From Cylindrospermum sp. FACHB-282 (GTDB lineage Bacteria > Cyanobacteriota > Cyanobacteriia > Cyanobacteriales > Nostocaceae): a stretch of DNA of 32,000 nt. Below are positions 26,963 through 32,000 of this stretch, in pieces (within the stretch, counting starts at the first letter, position 1; each line of letters starts with the position of its first letter). Position numbers and translations under genes: made by a program. Under the pieces are notes generated by a model. It was not told the origin of the DNA. It did no database searches and was given only the letters and a program-made list of their open reading frames with translations. The stretch lies in contig NZ_JACJRJ010000041.1 in the NCBI RefSeq assembly GCF_014697195.1, positions 1-32,000 of the forward strand. The letters run 5' to 3'.

Positions 26963-28777
26963 GTGAAATGGAGCCATTGGCAGCACTGGCAACCCCCAGA
27001 AGGGCTGGTATTGGTCGTTTTAGATGATGTAACAGACTTAGGGAATTGTCGAGATTTCCTCCCCAAAACCAACCGTTTCCGCCTTTTGATGACAACCAGA
27101 TTGCGGAACCTAGACGCCAATATTCAGGAAATACTGCTAGATGTGTTGTCATCGACTGAAGCTTTGCAGTTGTTCACAGCCATAGCTGGTGAAAAGCGGG
27201 TAAAAAAAGAACCAGAAACAGCAAAAGAATTGTGTGCTTGGTTGGGATATCTGCCATTGGGTTTAGAGTTAGTCGGACGGTATTTAGCAAAAAAACCGCC
27301 TCATTGGACATTAGCCAAAATGTTGCAACGGCTAAAAGCACAGCGACTAGAAGATGAAGCCATCAACCCGGAATTGCACAAAACTCTGAGTACAGCACAA
27401 CGAGGACTAAAAGCCGCATTTGAGTTAAGTTGGCTAGAACTCGAACCCATGACACAGAGTATTGCTGAGTTCTTAAGCTTGTTTGCACCAGATATCTTTG
27501 TTTGGGAATGGGTAGAGTCTGCAACTAATTTACTCAACTGGAATACTGCTGATGTAGAAACCGCAAACGACAAACTTTATGAACGCCATTTAATTCAGTT
27601 TGTCGAAGATACCGCAGATGGCTATAAAATTCACCCCTTAATTCGGGAATTTCTGCAAACCAAACTCACAGCATCACCGCAAGCGGAAGAATTGAAACAG
27701 GCTTTTGCATCTGTTTTTGTGGACATTGCTAAAGAAATACCCGAATCACCAACCCAAGAGTTTATTAAATCAGTAAAAAATGCTATCCCTCATTTAGCAG
27801 AGGTAGCCCAAAATATGACTGCTGCTATTAGTGATGAAACTTTAATTTTGCCTTTTGTTGGTTTAGGGAAATTTTATGAAGCACAGGGATTGTATCAGCT
27901 TGCAGAATCTTGGCGTGAGCAATCTGTATCAGTAGTAAAATCCCGCTTAGGAGAAGAGCATTCTTATGTCGCAGCCAGTTTCAACAACTTGGCGGCACTC
28001 TACGAATTTCAAGGCAGGTATAAAGAAGCTGAACATCTTTACCTCAAAGCTTTAGAACTCAGCCAACGCCTACTGGGGGAAGAACATCCCGATGTCGCAT
28101 CCAGTTACAACAATTTGGCTTATCTTTACGACTCTCAAGGCAAGTATACAGAAGCCGAACATCTTTACCTCAAATCTTTGAAGCTCAGACAACGACTTTT
28201 GGGAGATGAGCATCCCGATGTCGCGTCTAGTTTCAGCAACTTGGCTTATATTTACTATCTCCAAGGCAGGTACACGGAAGCTGAATCTCTTCACCTCGAA
28301 GCTTTAGAACTCAGACAAAAACTGTTGGGAGAGAAGCATCTCCATGTTGCTGAAAGTTTCAACAACTTGGCTTTACTCTACAATTCTCAAGGTAAATACA
28401 CAGAAGCAGAAGCTCTTTTCCTCAAAGCTTTAAAAATATGGCAAAAGCTGCTGGGAGATGAGCATCCCGATTTTGCCACTGGTTGTGATAACTTAGCTAA
28501 TTTTTACAATTTCCAAGGCAGGTACAAAGAAGCTGAATGTCTTTTTCTTAAAGCTTTGAAACTCAGGGAAAGGCTGTTAGGAGATGAGCATCCCTATATC
28601 GCCTCTAGTTTTAACAACTTGGCTAAACTTTACTATGACCAAGGCAGATACACAGAAGCTGAACCTTTGTACCTTAAAGCTTTGGCAATTGCTGAACTCA
28701 GCTTAGGCGTAAATCATCCCAACACAATCAAAACTCGTAAAAATCTGCAATTATTGCGGGATAATTACCATTCTTAG
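26963..28777 (+). CDS. TPR-repeat protein: 5'-truncated NB-ARC (STAND) NTPase with kinesin-light-chain-type TPR array
   Basis: The ORF begins (GTG) just before the Walker B motif LVLVVLDDVTD, followed by RLLMTTR and the GLPL motif GYLPLGLELVGRYL. No P-loop is present, and an in-frame TAA at 26930 closes the frame only 11 codons upstream. The C-terminal half has about 8 tandem 42-aa TPR units (EEHPDVASSYNNLAYLYDSQGKYTEAEHLYLKSLKLRQRLLG). Confidence 0.8.
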   Translation: MKWSHWQHWQPPEGLVLVVLDDVTDLGNCRDFLPKTNRFRLLMTTRLRNLDANIQEILLDVLSSTEALQLFTAIAGEKRVKKEPETAKELCAWLGYLPLGLELVGRYLAKKPPHWTLAKMLQRLKAQRLEDEAINPELHKTLSTAQRGLKAAFELSWLELEPMTQSIAEFLSLFAPDIFVWEWVESATNLLNWNTADVETANDKLYERHLIQFVEDTADGYKIHPLIREFLQTKLTASPQAEELKQAFASVFVDIAKEIPESPTQEFIKSVKNAIPHLAEVAQNMTAAISDETLILPFVGLGKFYEAQGLYQLAESWREQSVSVVKSRLGEEHSYVAASFNNLAALYEFQGRYKEAEHLYLKALELSQRLLGEEHPDVASSYNNLAYLYDSQGKYTEAEHLYLKSLKLRQRLLGDEHPDVASSFSNLAYIYYLQGRYTEAESLHLEALELRQKLLGEKHLHVAESFNNLALLYNSQGKYTEAEALFLKALKIWQKLLGDEHPDFATGCDNLANFYNFQGRYKEAECLFLKALKLRERLLGDEHPYIASSFNNLAKLYYDQGRYTEAEPLYLKALAIAELSLGVNHPNTIKTRKNLQLLRDNYHS

Positions 28778-28864
28778 CGAGAGTTAGGCAGGTAAAATGC
28801 CCATCACACAAAATTGCATAACTTATTTTTTGATATCCCAATCCTCCCTTATTCTCACCTTCCT

Positions 28865-28888
28865 CTCTGCGCCTCTGCGCCTCTGCGT
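28865..28888. repeat. 3 x 8-nt tandem repeat CTCTGCG(C/T)
   Basis: Read directly; it lies in the spacer between the convergent TPR and Uma2 genes. Confidence 0.9.
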
Positions 28889-28902
28889 GAAACAAAAAAG
28901 CG

Positions 28903-29523
28903 CTAACCCAAAATACTACCAGCTTGAAAAATCTGTTCAACAGTCAAATTCAACTCCGGGAAAGATGGTGAAACTATCCGCTCATCATTTCTAAATCGAC
29001 TAACCTGATACTCACCATCAATCAATTCATAAATAGAAATAGTTGGTTGTTTCGGATTCCCTATGTAGGGAGTCCCACCCAAAGCTAAATAATCAACAAT
29101 CCAATATTCTTGAATACCAATCTCTTCATAATCCCTAGCTTTAGTTAAATAATCAATTCGCCAGTTAGTACTAACAACTTCTATTACTAATGGAATTGAT
29201 GCACCTTGAGTAACAGTAGATTCTTTTTTCCATAACGGCTCATTTACTAAATTAGAGCGATTTAGTACCACTACATCTGGTAAATAGCATGATTCACCCT
29301 CAGGCGGCTTGACTAGTACTTGATTAGGTATGCCGTAAGGAAGATTTAATCGTTTACATTCAAAACCTAACTCGACAATCAAAAACCCTTTAATATCTTC
29401 ATGTTCTCCTATAGGCTGATTCACTTCGACAATTACCCCATTATGCAGTTCATAACGCTTCTCTTCTGGCTTCCATTCGACAAAATCTGCAAAAGTTACT
29501 GGTTTTGGTAAAGCTTGGCTCAT
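28903..29523 (-). CDS. Uma2-family (DUF820) PD-(D/E)xK endonuclease-like protein
   Basis: FADFVEWKPEEKRYELHNGVIVEV...GEHE...YLPDVVVL...PLVIEVVSTNWRIDYLTKARDYEEIGIQEYWIVD is the typical Uma2 pattern (D...E.xS...D..K...Y...G..EYW.VD). Confidence 0.88.
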   Translation of the reverse strand: MSQALPKPVTFADFVEWKPEEKRYELHNGVIVEVNQPIGEHEDIKGFLIVELGFECKRLNLPYGIPNQVLVKPPEGESCYLPDVVVLNRSNLVNEPLWKKESTVTQGASIPLVIEVVSTNWRIDYLTKARDYEEIGIQEYWIVDYLALGGTPYIGNPKQPTISIYELIDGEYQVSRFRNDERIVSPSFPELNLTVEQIFQAGSILG

Positions 29524-29590
29524 AACTTACCTACCTTTGTCAACCCTCAAATTACTCAAAATTCAACCCCTAATGGCGATCGCACGAAAC

Positions 29591-29621
29591 AAAAAAACCT
29601 AGGGGCGGGGAAACCCCGCCC
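29591..29621 (-). terminator. intrinsic terminator of ndhN
   Basis: GGGCGGGG (29603-29610) / CCCCGCCC (29614-29621), an 8-bp GC stem with a 3-nt loop. On the minus strand it is followed by a U7 tract (A-run 29591-29597 on the plus strand). It lies 10 nt downstream of the ndhN stop. Confidence 0.8.
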
Positions 29622-29630
29622 TCGCAATGC

Positions 29631-30107
29631 CTAAGCTGCTACCAGTGTTTTTTCCAGAGGCGTCCAACGGAAATAGCGATCGCCACCCCGCTCAATAACC
29701 ACCTTCACCCGTGGTTCCAAACTAGGCAAAGTCGCTAAATACTCAATTTCCTGATCAGACAGAACATGACCCTCAATAATCCACAATACCAACCCCTTAG
29801 ACTTGGGTGGTAACTGTTCTAGCTGATAACTGAGAATCGGGGGTAGATAGTATACCTCACCCACAGCCGCACCACTACCAGTACTTTTTTTACCAAGATG
29901 CGGTGGTCTGACACCATGAACCCTCGTCAGATAAGCAGCCACATCCCCCAGTCCCCTAGCCGTAATGTGGAGGTTAGCATAGCCAGCCGCACGTAGTCGG
30001 CGGCGATATCGACCCTCATAACCCCCTTCCAGAGGAACATACACCCCAAGAGCGCCAAATTTTTCCAGATCCCGAATTAACGCATTGCCAGTGGTAAGTA
30101 GTGCCAT
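29631..30107 (-). CDS. ndhN: NAD(P)H-quinone oxidoreductase (NDH-1) subunit N
   Basis: 158-aa ORF. MALLTTG..LIRDLEK.GALGVYVPLEGGYEGRYRRRLRAAGY...LWIIEGHVLS is the characteristic cyanobacterial NdhN sequence. Confidence 0.92.
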   Translation of the reverse strand: MALLTTGNALIRDLEKFGALGVYVPLEGGYEGRYRRRLRAAGYANLHITARGLGDVAAYLTRVHGVRPPHLGKKSTGSGAAVGEVYYLPPILSYQLEQLPPKSKGLVLWIIEGHVLSDQEIEYLATLPSLEPRVKVVIERGGDRYFRWTPLEKTLVAA

Positions 30108-31074
30108 AGATTTTCGTCTTATTCCACTTAGATATCTCTATTATTTACCGTTTGCCAATAGATTAAGTTAGATTAAGTGACATAATTTAAGCAAAATGGT
30201 TTTAAAGACAGAACTTACGTCTCTCTCCCTTAGCCCAAGCCAAAAAATCCCTGGCAAAATACTGGACAAAAGTAAAGAAATGATTTATATTTTGAGATTG
30301 TGACCAAACAGTAAAAATAGAGTGTACTCTTATTCGCAATTCTGAGCTAGTGTTAGCATCAAGGGCTGATGAATCAATTCCCTAGGGAATGAGCTAGCTT
30401 ATATCGGTAAGAGCAATCAGTTGATCACGCTTGGCTGAAGCGTGTAAGCTTTCGGAGGGATAACTGCTCCCATGCTCCCATTGAAGAAAGAAGTAAATGT
30501 CTAGACTTGTCTAAGCTTTACGAAGCAGACTGGTAAACTAAATAAAGCTTTCCGGTCAATTGAGGATCTGGCGGATAAAAAAACCACAGCTAAACCTCAG
30601 ATCCAGACTACATTCACACCTGAAGCCCCTGAAAAAAAAACAGGCAAAACCTTAAACAATAGTTTAAAGTAATTAGTGAAGTAGAAAATGAGCAGCAATG
30701 TTGGTTTAATCGCATTGCATCAGCCTCACGAAAAGGATACTGAGCGGAAATCAGCCGCTTAAGTCCAACTAAAACCTCCAGAGTGCCAGAGTAATTGCTT
30801 GGACGAAAGCATTGCTGCACAAAGCGTAAAGCAGTAGCGCCTTGCATTGATTCCAGAAGTAATTCCTTCCCAAGGATTGGGAAGACACCTATGGCTGTTC
30901 TGGTGACCAAGAGAGTAAAAGTAGACAGATTCACCAAACAGTAGGGACAAGGTTTGTTGCGTCACAAAGAATTTGAACTAGTATCAGCTAGTGCAAATCC
31001 CAGAGGCTCGTCCACCCTCAGCTGACGCTGAAAAAGTGTGTCCTCTAAAGTCCGATTCCAAGGTCAGCAACTAG

Positions 31075-31082
31075 AAAGGAGA
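31075..31082 (+). promoter_or_regulatory. Shine-Dalgarno sequence of rplC
   Basis: AAAGGAGA lies 11 nt upstream of the GTG start at 31093. Confidence 0.55.
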
Positions 31083-31092
31083 ACCAGTTACT

Positions 31093-31734
31093 GTGTCTGT
31101 AGGTATTCTCGGCACCAAGCTGGGCATGACTCAAATCTTTGACGAGGCAGGAAGAGCTATTCCTGTCACGATTATTCAAGCCGGGCCATGCACTGTTACA
31201 CAAGTTAAAACGAAACAAACCGACGGTTACTCCGCCATCCAAGTTGGTTACGGCGAAGTTAAACCAAAGGCATTAAACAGACCCCTGCTAGGACATTTGG
31301 CCAAATCATCTGCCCCAGCATTGCGTCACTTGAACGAATATCGCACCGATAGCTCCAGCGACTACGCCTTAGGTCAAGAGATTAAAGCAGATATTTTTAG
31401 TGCAGGTCAAATTGTCGATGTAGTCGGCACAAGCATCGGACGTGGTTTCGCAGGCAACCAAAAGCGTAACAACTTTGGTCGCGGGCCCATGTCACATGGT
31501 TCCAAAAATCACAGAGCGCCAGGTTCCATCGGTGCTGGTACTACACCAGGTCGTGTCTATCCAGGTAAGCGGATGGCAGGGCGTTTGGGTGGTAAACGCG
31601 TCACAATTAGCAAGCTGACTGTGGTGCGAGTAGATACGGAACGCAACTTATTACTAATTAAGGGAGCAATTCCTGGTAAACCAGGTGCTCTAGTAAGTAT
31701 CGTGCCTGCAACCCTAGTAGGTAGAGCAAAATAG
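31093..31734 (+). CDS. rplC: 50S ribosomal protein L3
   Basis: GTG start. [32 protein letters not shown]...GKGFAG-type [13 protein letters not shown]...[16 protein letters not shown] is unmistakably L3. Confidence 0.97.
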   Translation: MSVGILGTKLGMTQIFDEAGRAIPVTIIQAGPCTVTQVKTKQTDGYSAIQVGYGEVKPKALNRPLLGHLAKSSAPALRHLNEYRTDSSSDYALGQEIKADIFSAGQIVDVVGTSIGRGFAGNQKRNNFGRGPMSHGSKNHRAPGSIGAGTTPGRVYPGKRMAGRLGGKRVTISKLTVVRVDTERNLLLIKGAIPGKPGALVSIVPATLVGRAK

Positions 31735-31839
31735 CTGTTAGCTGTCAGCGTCAGCAGCAAAACTCAGGAAAACTGACAATTGACCCTTCAGGGAACGTCA
31801 GTTGTTCATGAGGGAGAACCCCAAGACCGCACTGACTCA

Positions 31840-31867
31840 CAACTGACAACTGACAACTGACAACTAA
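31840..31867. repeat. (CAACTGA)x3 + CAACTAA heptamer tandem repeat (STRR-like) in the rplC-rplD spacer
   Basis: Read directly. Related GTCAG/CTGAC words also occur at 31741-31760. Confidence 0.9.
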
Positions 31868-31885
31868 CAAAGGACAAATGGCAAA

Positions 31886-32000
31886 ATGGTTGAGAGTGTA
31901 ATTAAAAATTGGCAAGGAGAGCAAGTCGGAGAGACAAGCTTCGAGTTGCGGGTTGCCAAACCAGAAACCGCATCTCATATTGTACACAGAGCATTAGTCA
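31886..32000 (+). CDS. rplD: 50S ribosomal protein L4 (5' part; runs off the window)
   Basis: The ATG at 31886 gives [38 protein letters not shown], the typical cyanobacterial L4 N-terminus. It follows rplC as in the conserved operon. Confidence 0.9.
   Translation, partial: MVESVIKNWQGEQVGETSFELRVAKPETASHIVHRALV

Noticed and set aside
30319-30335. Possible NtcA site (GTA-N8-TAC) near GTAAAAATAGAGTGTAC
   Set aside because: The spacing between GTA and TAC is 11 nt, not 8, so it does not fit the consensus.
30614-30965. Two overlapping minus-strand ORFs (107 and 68 aa) in the ndhN-rplC spacer
   Set aside because: They overlap in mutually exclusive frames, have Cys/Phe/Leu-rich tails and no motifs. 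I treat the region as non-coding or a decayed sequence (see finding).
31751-31987. 78-aa minus-strand ORF
   Set aside because: It runs antisense across the heptamer repeat and the rplD start, so it is an artefact of the repeat.

Overview
This is a chromosomal segment from a Nostoc/Anabaena-type filamentous cyanobacterium. The evidence is frequent HIP1 palindromes (GCGATCGC) in core genes, heptameric STRR-like tandem repeats in intergenic spacers, and MITE-like elements. The gene order is as follows. (1) purC, then an outer-membrane/lipid A cluster omp85-lpxC-fabZ-lpxA-lpxB. From memory this matches the Anabaena PCC 7120 alr2269-alr2273 region. (2) An AT-rich, HIP1-free accessory insert carrying a cytosine-5 DNA methyltransferase, an uncharacterised 263-aa ORF that overlaps it by 8 nt (putative restriction endonuclease), and a convergent 390-aa multi-TM protein. 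(3) nfi (endonuclease V). (4) Two consecutive FHA-domain genes: FHA + Zn-ribbon, and FHA + two-Rossmann flavoprotein. (5) A GH13-like protein with non-canonical active-site neighbours, a Coq4-family protein and an SGNH hydrolase. (6) A segment bracketed by two copies of a MITE-like element, holding a small membrane protein gene and a truncated CPA2 antiporter fragment, followed by its full-length 730-aa paralog. (7) An AMIN-domain protein, a DUF3172-like protein, a 5'-truncated NB-ARC/TPR (STAND) gene, a Uma2 nuclease and ndhN. (8) An ORF-poor, hairpin-rich spacer of about 1 kb, then rplC and the start of rplD. I found no rRNA, tRNA or CRISPR array. The candidates most worth follow-up are the MTase/unknown-ORF/membrane-protein insert, the FHA gene pair, and the unexplained spacer upstream of rplC. 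All functional calls rest on motif recognition by eye; no database search was possible.
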